Assembly (NCBI GenBank): GCA_964252035.1
Contig: OZ176200.1
DNA length: 64,000 nt
Direction: 5' to 3' (one strand)
DNA from: Podarcis erhardii
Taxonomy: Eukaryota
Numbering within the stretch: the first letter of the stretch is position 1; each line of letters starts with the position of its first letter. Shown piece by piece: positions 34,913 through 46,508 of this stretch. The notes under the pieces are model-generated. The model was not told where the DNA came from. It saw only the letters and a list, made by a program, of their open reading frames with translations, and did not search any database. Made by a program: the position numbers and the translations under genes.

Positions 34913-37900
34913 ATGTCTCTGCAACTCTACAGCTGGAATTGTAATGGTTTGAACCACCCTCGAAAAAGGGGCCAAGTATTTCATCTATTAAAGAAAGAAC
35001 ATCTAGATGTAATCTGCCTACAAGAAACCCACATTGCCAGGATACATAGAAAACTTTTAATAAACAAGAGATTAGGACAAGAATTTATTTCATCAGATAG
35101 AGTTAAGAAAAGAGGAGTTGTGATTTATGTTAAGGAAAAATTTGAACCAAAACTGATTTTTAAGGATGACCAAGGAAGATACCTGGCAGTGGAAATTCAA
35201 ATTTATGGAGAAAAGATGTTGATTGTTGGAGTTTATGCACCAAACGAGGGGAAGGCTGAATTTTTCAAGAAGTTGCACGAGACTTTAATGGACTTTTTGG
35301 ATTTTAAAATCATAATGATGGGTGATATGAATGGAGTCGTCTCCACAAACATGGACAAGGCCCAAAGACAAACAATATCTAATGATGGAAGACTACCAAA
35401 GACTTTCTTTGAACTGACTGACACTATGGACCTGATTGACATTTGGAGAACTAGGAACCCTCTGGAAAGGGAGGGGACCTTTTTCTCTGAAGCAAAAATG
35501 ACATGGACTAGAATTGATCAAATATGGACTTCTAGTAATCTGGCATCGAAGGTTAAAAAAATAGAAATCTGCCCAAAGACCTGTTCTGACCACAATGCTG
35601 TCAAGATGGAAATGAAACTGACAACAGCTGGAACCTTTAGATGGAGAATGAATGACACCCTCTTTGGAGATGAGGAAATTTGTAAAAAGGCCCAAAAAAC
35701 ACTTAAAGACTACTTCGAGATTAACATGAGATCAGACACCGAAAAAAGAGTTATTTGGGATGCAAGTAAAGCCGTGATGCGTGGCTTCCTAATACAACAG
35801 AATTCAATAAAGAGGAAAAAACAGAATGAGAAGAAAGAGAAAATTTGGAACCTAATAAAAGAAGGGGAGAAGAAATTGAGATCTAAGCCTAAATCTCATG
35901 AGATATTAAGAGAAATAAAATTCTATCAAACACAATATATGGAATTGATGAATCAGGAAATAGAATGGAAAATTAAACAAATGAGACAAAAGACTTTTGA
36001 GTCCGCAGATAAATGTGGGAAGCTACTGTCTTGGCAACTGAAAAAGAGGCAAAAATTGAATACAGTGACATCACTTGAAGTAGATGGGAAGTTTATTAAT
36101 AAACCAAATGAGATAAGCAATTGTTTTCAAAGTTTCTTCAAGAAATTATACAAACAAGGGCCAAAAAACGAACAGGAGATAGAAGAATTTATCGGAAAAT
36201 ACGGCCTACCAAAAATCTCTGAAAATAATAGAAGGAGTTTGAATGAGAAAATTACAGATCAAGAAATAGAGAGCGCCATTCAGGATATGCAGCTGGGAAA
36301 ATCACCAGGACCAGATGGACTAACCGCGAGATATTATAAAGTACTGAAGGATTGGTTAATACAACCATTGAAAGAAGTCTGCAATCAAATTTTGGAAGGG
36401 AAAAAGGCTCCCGAATCGTGGAAGGAAGCATTCATTTCACTTATACCGAAGACAGAAACTGAGAAACATCAAGTTAAGAATTATCGCCCTATATCACTTT
36501 TGAATGTGGATTATAAAATTTTTGCAGACATTTTAGCAAAAAGATTCAAAAAAGTGTTGTTAGAGGAGATTCACAGGGACCAAACAGGCTTTCTACCAGG
36601 CAGGCAATTGTCAGATAATGTGAGGAATATTATAGATATTCTAGAACTTCTGGAAACTGACATAAATAGAAAAGCTGTTTTGATTTTTGTGGATGCAGAG
36701 AAAGCCTTTGACAATATTTGTTGGAGCTTTATGAAGAGGAATCTCCAAGGGATGGGGGTAGGCAAGAACTTTGAAAATGGTATAAGTGCAATTTACTCTG
36801 AGCAAAAGGCCAAACTAATTGTAAATGGTATGGTTATGGACGAAATTCCAATAGAGAAAGGGACACGACAGGGATGCCCAATCTCTCCTCTATTGTTTAT
36901 ATCGGTACTGGAGGTTTTCCTAAATATGATTAGAAGAGACCAGCTGGTTAAAGGTATACAGGTCGGAACTAAACATTATAAGTTAAGAGCATTTGCAGAT
37001 GATCTAGTTTTGACATTACAACAGCCAGAAACCAGTACAAAAAGAGTTTTGGAACTTATTGAAATATTTGGTCAGGTAGCAGGTTTTAAATTAAATAAAC
37101 ATAAGACAAAGGTGTTGGAAAAAAATCTTACGGTGGGGGAAAAAGACAGTTTTCAAAGAGAAACTGGTTTGGAAATTACTAAAAAGGTAAAATATCTGGG
37201 GGTGAATTTAACATCTAAGAATGTGAACCTATTTAAAGATAATTATGAGAAATGTTGGGCTGAAGTGAAGAAAGATTTTGATATATGGTCAAGATTGAGA
37301 CTTTCCTTGTTAGGCCGAATTGCTGTTATCAAGATGAATGTATTGCCGAGATTGTTGTTTCTGTTCCAGACATTGCAAATTCTAGATAAGATGGACTGTT
37401 TCAAGAAGTGGCAGAAAGACATATCTAAATTTGTCTGGCAGGGCAAAAAACCCAGAATAAAATTTAAGATTCTAACTGATGCAAAGGATAGAGGGGGCTT
37501 TGCCCTGCCGGACTTAAAACTTTACTATGAAGCAGCAGCTTTCTGCTGGCTGAAACCATGGCTACTTCTTGAGAATACAGACATTCTAGACCTGGAAGGT
37601 TATGATAATAACTTTGGTTGGCATGCATATTTATGGTACGATAAGGTAAAGGTACATAGAAATTTTAAAAACCATATTGTTAGGAAAGCATTGTATAATG
37701 TATGGAATCGATATAAAGATTTGTTTGAAAGTAAAACCCCTAGGTGGTTGTCACCAATGGAAGCCAAGGCGGTAAAAAGACTGAACATGGATACAGATTG
37801 GCCAAAATATTGTGAAATTATAGAATATGATGGTGAAAAGTTGAAACTACAGAGTTTCGAGAAATTGAAACCTAAAGTCCGAGATTGGTTACATTATTTC

Positions 37901-38650
37901 CAGATCAATGAAACTTTTAAGCAGGACAGAAAACTAGGATTTCAGAAGGAGAGGTCAAAGTTAGAAACAGAATTGCTAGAACCCAATACTAAGAATTTGT
38001 CTAGAATGTATAATCTGCTGCTAAAATGGAATACACAGGATGAAACGGTTAAATCAGCTATGATTAAGTGGGCACAGGATATTGGTCATGATATTATGTT
38101 TGCTGACTGGGAGCAGTTATGGACCACAGGTATTAAATTTACGGCATGCAGTGCCCTGAAAGAGAACATAATGAAAATGATCTATAGGTGGTACATGACC
38201 CCAGTCAAGCTTGCAAAGATATATCATTTGCCCAATAACAATTGTTGGAAGTGTAATGAATGTGAAGGAACTTTTTATCACCTTTGGTGGACCTGCCCAA
38301 AGATTAAGGCCTACTGGGAAATGATCTATAACGAAATTAAGAAAATCCTTAAGTGGACATTTGTAAAGAAACCGGAGGCTTTTCTCCTGGGCATGGTCGG
38401 CCAATTGGTACCAAAGAAAGATAGGACCTTTTTTATGTATGCAACAACAGCAGCAAGAATCCTCTTGGCGAAGTATTGGAAGACTAAAGAATTACCTACT
38501 CTGGAAGAATGGCAGACCAAGGTGACTGAATTTATGGGACTGGCAGAGATGACCGGCAGAATCCGTGACCAGAGGAAAGAGACAGTGGAGGAGGACTGGA
38601 AAAAATTTAAAATCTATCTTAAAAATTGTTGTAAAATTTCGGAATGTTAA
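34913..38650 (+). CDS. L1 ORF2p (1245 aa; APE endonuclease, RT, CCHC domain)
   Basis: EN: SWNCNGL, LQETH, GVYAP, GDMN, TRIDQ, SDHN. RT: SPGPDG, YRPISLLNVDYKI, DAEKAFD, GTRQGCPISP, FADD. C-term CWKC...HLWWTC. No stops. Confidence 0.95.
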   Translation: MSLQLYSWNCNGLNHPRKRGQVFHLLKKEHLDVICLQETHIARIHRKLLINKRLGQEFISSDRVKKRGVVIYVKEKFEPKLIFKDDQGRYLAVEIQIYGEKMLIVGVYAPNEGKAEFFKKLHETLMDFLDFKIIMMGDMNGVVSTNMDKAQRQTISNDGRLPKTFFELTDTMDLIDIWRTRNPLEREGTFFSEAKMTWTRIDQIWTSSNLASKVKKIEICPKTCSDHNAVKMEMKLTTAGTFRWRMNDTLFGDEEICKKAQKTLKDYFEINMRSDTEKRVIWDASKAVMRGFLIQQNSIKRKKQNEKKEKIWNLIKEGEKKLRSKPKSHEILREIKFYQTQYMELMNQEIEWKIKQMRQKTFESADKCGKLLSWQLKKRQKLNTVTSLEVDGKFINKPNEISNCFQSFFKKLYKQGPKNEQEIEEFIGKYGLPKISENNRRSLNEKITDQEIESAIQDMQLGKSPGPDGLTARYYKVLKDWLIQPLKEVCNQILEGKKAPESWKEAFISLIPKTETEKHQVKNYRPISLLNVDYKIFADILAKRFKKVLLEEIHRDQTGFLPGRQLSDNVRNIIDILELLETDINRKAVLIFVDAEKAFDNICWSFMKRNLQGMGVGKNFENGISAIYSEQKAKLIVNGMVMDEIPIEKGTRQGCPISPLLFISVLEVFLNMIRRDQLVKGIQVGTKHYKLRAFADDLVLTLQQPETSTKRVLELIEIFGQVAGFKLNKHKTKVLEKNLTVGEKDSFQRETGLEITKKVKYLGVNLTSKNVNLFKDNYEKCWAEVKKDFDIWSRLRLSLLGRIAVIKMNVLPRLLFLFQTLQILDKMDCFKKWQKDISKFVWQGKKPRIKFKILTDAKDRGGFALPDLKLYYEAAAFCWLKPWLLLENTDILDLEGYDNNFGWHAYLWYDKVKVHRNFKNHIVRKALYNVWNRYKDLFESKTPRWLSPMEAKAVKRLNMDTDWPKYCEIIEYDGEKLKLQSFEKLKPKVRDWLHYFQINETFKQDRKLGFQKERSKLETELLEPNTKNLSRMYNLLLKWNTQDETVKSAMIKWAQDIGHDIMFADWEQLWTTGIKFTACSALKENIMKMIYRWYMTPVKLAKIYHLPNNNCWKCNECEGTFYHLWWTCPKIKAYWEMIYNEIKKILKWTFVKKPEAFLLGMVGQLVPKKDRTFFMYATTAARILLAKYWKTKELPTLEEWQTKVTEFMGLAEMTGRIRDQRKETVEEDWKKFKIYLKNCCKISEC

Positions 38651-40689
38651 GATGTCAAGGGATTGGATACAAAGAATTACAGCTATAAATTGAAATTTAT
38701 AAAATAGAATTTTTTTTATTTTTTTTTTAAAGAGAATTAAATATAAAAATGGGATGAAGAATTGCTAAAAATTTTAAAATATGGATGCAGTGAAGGGGAG
38801 GTTCGGGGAAGTCGTGTTATGTTTATTTGTTTTTTGTTTATGTTGTAAAATCAATAAAAATTATTTAAAAAAAAAAAAAAAAAAAAAAAACAAAAGCTGT
38901 GGAGACTAGAGAAGTGAATGATCCCTAGAAATTGGCAGTCCTGCTGCCTCAAGGCCGTAGCATGTGGCCACTTATCTTCCCTAGTCCACTGTGGCTTTCG
39001 ACTTCCCCTCCTGTTCTGCTAAAAATCCGATTGTTCCTTTGTAGCTGTGGCTGTGCCTGCCCCACACCTAACGTCTTATGGTAGCAGTGGTGGGGCAGGT
39101 GGCCAGGGCTCATGGGCCAAACTGGGAGCTGTGGCAAGCCCCCCACCCCACCCCCAGTCCCATATAAACCTCTTGATTTTATTCAGTTGAGGATATGTCT
39201 AACTGTCTTTGGTCGTCTTTTCTGTCATTTTTATTTATTACATTTATTAGATGCCCCACAACCAAGGCTCTCTGGGTGACAAAACTATATAAAATCACAA
39301 ATCCAATAAAACGCCAGCCAAATAATAGCACAAAAATCATGAAAACAATAAGAAGTACATTAGAGCAGAGATGAAAATGATTTCGGCCACAGCTGTGTAG
39401 TCTAATAACAGACCAGTGTGTATGTCTGGCTGGATTCTTCTCCGCCTGTCCCGACTGCCCAGCCTTACCTGGCCTCTAACTCTTCTCCCAACCTCCAGCT
39501 TCTCTCCACCTTGGTTGCCCCAAGCTAGTGACTGTGTCTCTATATGTGTTGTGATTCCTACATGGCCATGGTAATTGACTGAATCCTCATGAATTCTGAC
39601 AGAAGGGGTGGCCTTGACCCAGTTCGGATGCCAGCCTCGGGTATGCACCTGCGTGCTTGCCACATGACAAAAGCATTATCCAGTCTTTCATTCAACAAGC
39701 AAGCCAATGCATTTCGTAGAGGTTTTGCTTTTCTGCTGTGCCATTAAAAACTTCAACCAGACCTGTGCCTTTTCACCAAGGGATTACAGTTCAATAACAG
39801 TGCAAAGTATAGCGCAGAGCTCGGTTTTCGTTTCCTTTTTATTGCCTGATCCCTAGATGGCTGCATATCGTGCAGTGCCCTAGTCAGGGTGTGGCCCTAG
39901 TAAGCAGGATACAAAGCTGGACGTATGCTGAGTGGAGGCCTATTTGCGGTCTGGCAACGGATGCAAGTCCAGTCCCTTGACTAAGCAAATAATGCCTCCC
40001 AACTTAGTGCTGGCACATTTCCACCAGTTAGTGTAATGTGTTTTCTAGGCAGGGCTGCCCATCACCGTCAACAGCTCCTTCCACTCCCACTTCTGTACTA
40101 TGAATATCCAAATCATACACAAAGGAAAGCTATGTCTGTGCTCATAGTCGCTACTATTTTAATAATAAAAAATGCAGCTGTTACCAACTGTACACTGTCC
40201 AAACAACAGTTCTTGGTGTGTTGCACTTTCCCAGCACTATATATCCACTATATTTTGTACCTGGGAAAATGCATATCCTCTGATATATTGAGATAATCAA
40301 ACAAGGTGGTTGTTTCCACGTCAGAGAACTTCACTGGAGCTGCAGGTGACTTCCCACCCACCCCATGTCTATGTTGCTTTCTTGGTAAAAGATGGCCATT
40401 TGGGGCAGGTCTGCAAGTCGCAGCTGCAGAGTCAAGAGACGGAAAAGGAAAAGGAAAGTGTAGCAACCAATACCACTTGCACAGTCTGAAATCACAATTT
40501 TGAATAAACTTGGTGAGCTCATTGAAGCCTTTACTACGGTTGCTGAGATTTAATCTTTGTGTCAGATGTTCCATCTTCCCATCAACAACCGGGAGTTTCA
40601 CAACAAAATCAGCCCAGATGTGGTTTTGCAGCAGAACTGATTTGCTAATGAAACTGAGAATATGTTCAAAAGAGGATGCCCCATGGAAC

Positions 40690-40992
40690 AGTGGTTTGGA
40701 CAGACCTTTCTCTGTGGCAGCACCCTGGTTGTGGAACTTTCCCCCTTTGGAAGTGTAGTTGTTCTCTCACAGTCATGACCTTCAGACATCAACTGAATAT
40801 ATATTTTGTTGCCCAGGCTTTTGAGATGTGAATGTTGACACAGAACTGAAGCAGCTCTGGATTTTTTAGTTGTACATGCCGAGGGCTTTAGCACTGCATG
40901 CTTAGATTTTTAACATTTCTATATGCATTGTATTTTGTTATGTTGTATGACCCCCTGGGCTCACACAGGAAGAAAGGCACTGTAAAAAATAA
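40690..40992 (+). mobile_element. Old L2 LINE 3' end
   Basis: RPFSVAAPWLWNFPP is the L2 C-terminal AFSxxAPxLWNxLP motif, followed by a typical tail. Boundaries approximate. Confidence 0.6.
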
Positions 40993-41563
40993 AAGCAAGC
41001 AAGTTGCTTCTGCATGGTGAAATGTTACACAACCCCCTTGCCTAGCCCAATGCTTGTGGCATTAAAAAAAACCTTTTATAACAGATTTTATTTCAATTAG
41101 ACACTCAGCATTTCTTTACTCTTCCAGCGCATGTGTGCTCTGCTGTACATCCAGAGCCATCTCCTTGCATGTGAGAAAGTAGATTCGAGTCCATAAATGT
41201 TTGTGCTGCAATAAATGTGTTAGTCTTTAAGGTGCTACGTCTCTTCCTTATTAAAGCTATCCCTTTCTGACTTTTTGTTCTTTTATTTTATTTAGTTATT
41301 TGAAGGTTGTACACTTCAGCTCCCCCAGTACTGGAGCACAGATACCGGTATATCCTGAATATTTTTGAAAAGCAGAAAACAGCCATACAGCCATCCCCAC
41401 TGCAAGATTGTACCACACCCCTTTAATTGCACAGTGACTTCATCTCATAGTGTTGCCTTTTGTTAGGGACATCCGGAACTAGAATACATTCTGGGTAAGC
41501 TGTATAAAATGCTTCAAGGAAACTTACCACAATTCCAACAGGAAATGGTTGTGACAGTAGAAA

Positions 41564-41564
<1 letters not shown>

Positions 41565-41607
<43 letters not shown>
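41565..41607. repeat. (CA)n microsatellite
   Basis: About 21 units. Confidence 0.95.
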
Positions 41608-41609
<2 letters not shown>

Positions 41610-42096
41610 CAAACATTGTGCAACAGCTTCATGCTGTCTGTTGTGACATAAGTCTGTCAGCTATTTTAAAAGTGCTTAGCTGACCATTACCTTTATAGTG
41701 AATTAACTCTGAAATCCTACACATATCTACTCAGAAGTATGTGGGCACAGGATTGCCACCTAATTCAATTCAATTTAACATAAATAACTCTGCACATTAC
41801 CTAAACTTCAATATAGGTGTATTTCTGGAATACTGAAGAAGGTGAAAGGTAACTTACAAAATCTACCTCTCACTATTGGAAGGAAAAACCACTTTTAATG
41901 TATTTGCTTTTATTATGGGAACCAAAAGAGTCTCACAATTGGCAATTGTGCCTTTAACGCTTTGGTGATTAAAAAAAAAAAGCAATTATAACTTTTGTTT
42001 ATTAATTTACCATTTAGAATGATTACAGACTGAAGCACTAGCCATAATATAATACATTCTTTCTAGGTAAAGGACAGCACCCAGGGTGCCTCTATA

Positions 42097-42742
42097 CATA
42101 GCTGTCAAGTGTCCCTTATTTGATCTTAGCCAAAAGGCCGAGAAGTGTCCCTTATTTGAGGGGACAGTCCCTTATTCCAGCGCCATGTCCCGGTGCTGTC
42201 CCTTATTGATAGATGTCCCTTAAATGTTCCTTAAATGATGTCCCTTAAATTTCAAAGGAAGCAGCTCCTCTCCCTCCCTCCCTCCCTGCCGGCCAGGGAG
42301 GAGGGAGGCTCCAACTGTGTTGCTTGGCTGTGTTGCTCACCCAATAAGAAGTCTAAGAACGACTGGGGGGTAGAGCTTGCATGCCTTGTGTGTGGCTAGT
42401 TAATGCAAGCTGAGGAGGTTTTTGAATGCTGGACGCCATTTTGTTGCACGTGCTGCTGCAAACTTTGCAGTGCAAAGCCAGGCCGGGGAGCCATCTTAAG
42501 TTGAGGCTGCATAGGCCTTGTGGTGCATGTGATTCAGATTCTATTCAGCTGAACCTCTGGTTACAAAGTTGGTTGGACAGTGTTCTCGAAGCTACCAGCA
42601 TGAGTTTGACCAGACTGCAGGAGGACAGGAAGACTGGAGTGCCTGAAACAGGTGAGGCTGCAGGTCCCTTATTTTGGCTGCTGGTCCCTTATTTTCAAGC
42701 CTGCTGGTCCCTTATTTTCAAATCTGTAAGCTGACAGCTATG
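42097..42742. mobile_element. 646-bp non-autonomous hAT element
   Basis: Perfect 11-bp TIRs CATAGCTGTCA / TGACAGCTATG; perfect 8-bp TSD CCTCTATA; reiterated subterminal GTCCCTTA motifs. Confidence 0.88.
42120..42145 (-). pseudogene. U2 snRNA 5' fragment (nt 5-30), tailless retro-insertion
   Basis: TTGATCTTAGCCAAAAGGCCGAGAAG is the exact reverse complement of U2 CTTCTCGGCCTTTTGGCTAAGATCAA; flanked by a duplicated AAGTGTCCCTTATTTGA. Confidence 0.88.
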
Positions 42743-44042
42743 CCTCTATAAGGCACATAACACACCATATCTAATGCCACCAGTCCAATTACAGTAACAC
42801 AAGCAGAAAGAAGGCAATAGAAGATGTGCATTAGTCTATATGGGCTTGACACACTGGTATTAAGAACCTAAACATGTTATAAAGAGAACCTTGTGTTTGC
42901 TCTGATCTAATCCCATGAGCCAAGTGATTTAATTTTGCAGTCAGAAGAAAGTAAGGAGTGTTTCCTACCTGAAGACAAGTTTGTTTTTAAACAACAGTCC
43001 TCTAGCTGTTGGCTGCAGGATGCAGACAGAACTTGTCGGCTAGGGAGGTCTATTTTTGTTTTGTTTTTAAGGATGCTGTTGACATTTTTTCTGTTCGTGA
43101 AAAAGTAGGTAAAACTGGCAGCCCCACCGTAGACCGATGACTGGGCGACAAGCCATGATCAGAAGCAGACTTTTCCTTGCATTTCTTGTGTTTTACAGAA
43201 AAATCTTTAAATTTAAGCATCTGAGCTTTACAAAATAAGAGAGTGGGAGGCTGTCACTTCCCATAGAGACTGTAGTCTAAATGCAAAAAGGGTTGTAAGA
43301 AAGCAAAGGTAGAAAGCGACAAGAACAGGATGTGGAGCAGCATGGCTCTGTGATAAGAGTTATACTATTTCCTTTTGGAGAACCTCAGTTAGCATGTGTT
43401 GTTTCTACATCGCAGATCCAACTGAAACCTTCCTTATCTCACATACGGGAATTTTCTTAACACTCAGACTAACCAGTGATCCTAAAATATGTATTTTTTA
43501 AAAAAATACCCCGCCCTCTAGTATATGGCATGGCTTACTTGTTTGAGCAATCAATACATATTTTACTAATCTCATTTTTCAGACATACTAACCATTCTAA
43601 TTCCATTCTAATTCTTGTACTTACCATTCTAAATCAAAGGTGGGCAAATGCTAGGCTTGTGGGATCTACTTAAAAACAACAACAACACTAACTTTAGAAC
43701 ATTGGCTCGTTTGTTTTGGGTGAGATTCTGTGTTGAAATTTCTCCCAATGGCTGTAAATATTTCATTGTTTGTACCTACAAAAGAATAAAAATATAGCTT
43801 GGTTTTTTTTAAAAAAAGCACAGAGGGAGTGGGACTATGTACACCAGCCTCACCCACAATATCCCCACTGGCTCCACCCCTTACCACTTGCTTTTGAAGA
43901 ATTCCTGAATGCAGTTACTGAATACTGCCTATCAATGAAACCCTTCTGCGTTACAAGAATTCATATCATGTTCTGGTCCAATGACAGATCCCACGGAGAA
44001 AGCAGTGAGGCTGGTCAAAGGTTGCCAGATCATAGATAACTC

Positions 44043-44376
44043 CAGAACCTCCAAGTGTCTCTATTTTCCAGGGACGTCCCTGGTTTAAAGAAGCCAGTTT
44101 CTGATTTGATAGTGGAATGCCCAGCTTTTCCTTAGGATGTCTCTATTTTCATGGGAGAAATGTTGGAGGGTATGGAGTTATCCAACCCCCGAGCCGTCTG
44201 AAGGCAATTCTGTATAGGGAAGTTTTGTTAATATTTAATGTTTTATTATGTTTTTATATATATTGGAAGCTGCCCAGAGTGTTGGGGCAACCCCAGTAAG
44301 ATGTGTGGGTTATAGTAAAATTATCATTATGGAACGGGACGTCCCTATTTTCATCAGAAAAATGTTGGAGGGTATG
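44043..44376. mobile_element. Composite non-autonomous DNA element with two right ends and a captured L2-type tail
   Basis: Left end CAGAACCTCCAA; right end TTGGAGGGTATG at both 44174 and 44376; LINE-tail sequence (GGAAGCTGCCCAGAG) between them; TAACTC on both flanks. Confidence 0.6.
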
Positions 44377-44625
44377 TAACTCTGAGTGAGCAACTTGCTC
44401 CATCAAAGGTTGGGAACTGTGTGAGACCTTTTAAGGCTTTATCTCCAGGCAACCTCCTCCAGCCTCCCCCCCCCCCCCGTCCACTTGTAGAGAACTTCAG
44501 GGCCTTAAAGGGCCAGCTCTCTGGCCTGAAGGCAGGCACTCCTGCTACATTCCATTGCCTTCCTCCTGGTGGGCTTCCACCAGACTGATGAGTGGTGGGA
44601 GGCATCTGGTTCCTTGGGCTTAGGG

Positions 44626-44761
44626 TAGTGATGGCCAAACTTGGTCCTCTAGCTGTTTTGGGACTACAACTCCAATCATCCCTAGCTAACAGGACCAGTG
44701 GTCAGGGATTATGGGAATTGTAGTCCCACAACAGCTGGAGGGCCAAGTTTGGCCATCACTA
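44626..44761. mobile_element. Palindromic hAT-type MITE inside a larger perfect hairpin
   Basis: TAGTGATGGCCAAAC...GTTTGGCCATCACTA; same core as 57073-57208. Confidence 0.8.
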
Positions 44762-46328
44762 CCCTAAGCCCAAGGAACCAGATGCCTCCCACCACTCATC
44801 ACTGGCTTAGGAGAAAGTGCGCATGTGGGTCTGGGCTCTGGTCCTATAGGCTGGGGTGGTCTGGGAGGTTCCTCTGGGGGCTCCTGTCCAGCAGCCTAAG
44901 ACACAATGGTCTCTTATCTTCAGCAGTCAGCTCTGAGCCCTGAATCTGATCCAGCACCTCATCTGGTGTTCCTGCAGCTTCCGACTCTGTGTCCAGATAA
45001 CTGGTAAATTCAGGGCTCATGACAATTTATCTCTGAGGAGGAGAGTGCATATGTATGTGTGAGTAACTTGCCTCACTCCATTCTCTCCTCCTCCTATGCA
45101 TAGCATTATTTTCCAAGCATTTCTTCTCTTTTCTTACGGAGATGACATCATAGGCCATGGCAAGGTGCCTGCTGGGACTTTTCATGGACAAGAAACTTCT
45201 TCTGCACAGAGAAGGAATTTTAAAACAATCAAAATCCCGAGGAAGTTTGAATTAGGAAGGTCCTAGCCTACTTCTAAATTAATCAGGATATCCTCCCCAT
45301 GAAAGGTCACAGGCTCTAGTGTTTTCCTCATGAGTTACTCTGAAAACATTTCTGCAGACTTGATGTTCCAAGCTCCCAAAGGAAACTGCAAAAACTAACT
45401 GTGGTCCAGCTCTGATGTAATAGTTAGGGCAAACAAGATGTTTCCTGGTCTGGTTCCTCTGGGTGCGTCGAAGCAAAAGGAATGGATGATCCATTCAAGA
45501 AGCCCACCTCACTGCTATATAGAGATGGATGAATGGATAAATACTCCCATGGCTGTCCTCAGGCTGACCTAGAAATGATCTCCCAAAATTGGAAACAAAT
45601 TGGCTCATATCCCAATCAAATGCAAGGAGCTTGAAAAATGAAAAGGCACTGTCTGCTCCAGACTGGCACCGTTTTAGGTTTAGAGAATGTAGGTTTGCCC
45701 AAATAAAGTGGATTAAAGCACCCTGGTACAGCAAATCCACTTGCTGATTTTTTAAAATTTATTTTTAAAAAAAAAAATGTGGGGGTTTGCGATTAGGATG
45801 ACAGGATGATATATGACTTCTGCACACACAATTCAGGATGAAATCAAGATGAATGCTCATTGTTGTATAACTTCCACACCAGCAAATCAGAGGGAAAGCT
45901 CAATAAAGAGCAGGCATCATATGTATAACCTCCCTGTAAGTTCTGTGCAAGCAAATTGGAATGAATGCGCAATAAACAGCTCATCTGGAGAAGTCCACAA
46001 GCTCTCTGCTGCTGATGCTTTGTCAATAAGTAAAGGAAAGGGGGTGGTTGGCAAGCAAGTCTTCCAATGTCATCACTTCTTTCATGCAGTCATTTCCTTG
46101 CCACTTTTTCATTATGAGACACTGGCTGCTACACCAGGGGGTCTGTCTCCTGCTTCAGTGAAGGGAAATGCACACTGCTTTTCATTTCCTTTTGTGTTTC
46201 TTGTCACATCAGCCCACACAGGCTGATAAGAGACATATGAACCATGGTTTGGGCATGTCCACATCTGAGCATTATTTAGCTATTAATCCACTCCCTCCAC
46301 ATTCAGATTCGATCGAAGTAGCCCACAC

Positions 46329-46508
46329 CAGTGGCGTAGCGTGGGGGGTGCAGGGGGGGCCGGCCGCACCGGGCGCAACATCTGGGGGTTAGGGAAATCC
46401 ACGGGTTAGGGGGCGCAAATCCACGGGTTAGGGGGCACAAATCCATGGGTTAGGGGGCGCAAATTACTTGCCTTGCCCCGGGTGCTGATAACCCACGCTA
46501 CGCCACTG
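46329..46508 (+). mobile_element. hAT MITE with TTAGGG-containing internal repeats, copy 1
   Basis: 17-bp perfect TIRs CAGTGGCGTAGCGTGGG; perfect TSD GCCCACAC. Confidence 0.9.

Larger units (their letters stand above)
32966..38890 (+). mobile_element. Full-length L1-clade LINE, apparently intact
   Basis: 20-bp TSD CAAAAGCTGTGGAGACTAGA (32946-32965, 38891-38910); CpG-rich ~910-bp 5' UTR; ORF1; 5-bp spacer; ORF2; G-rich 3' UTR tract; AATAAA 38853-38858; A24 tail 38867-38890. Confidence 0.95.
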
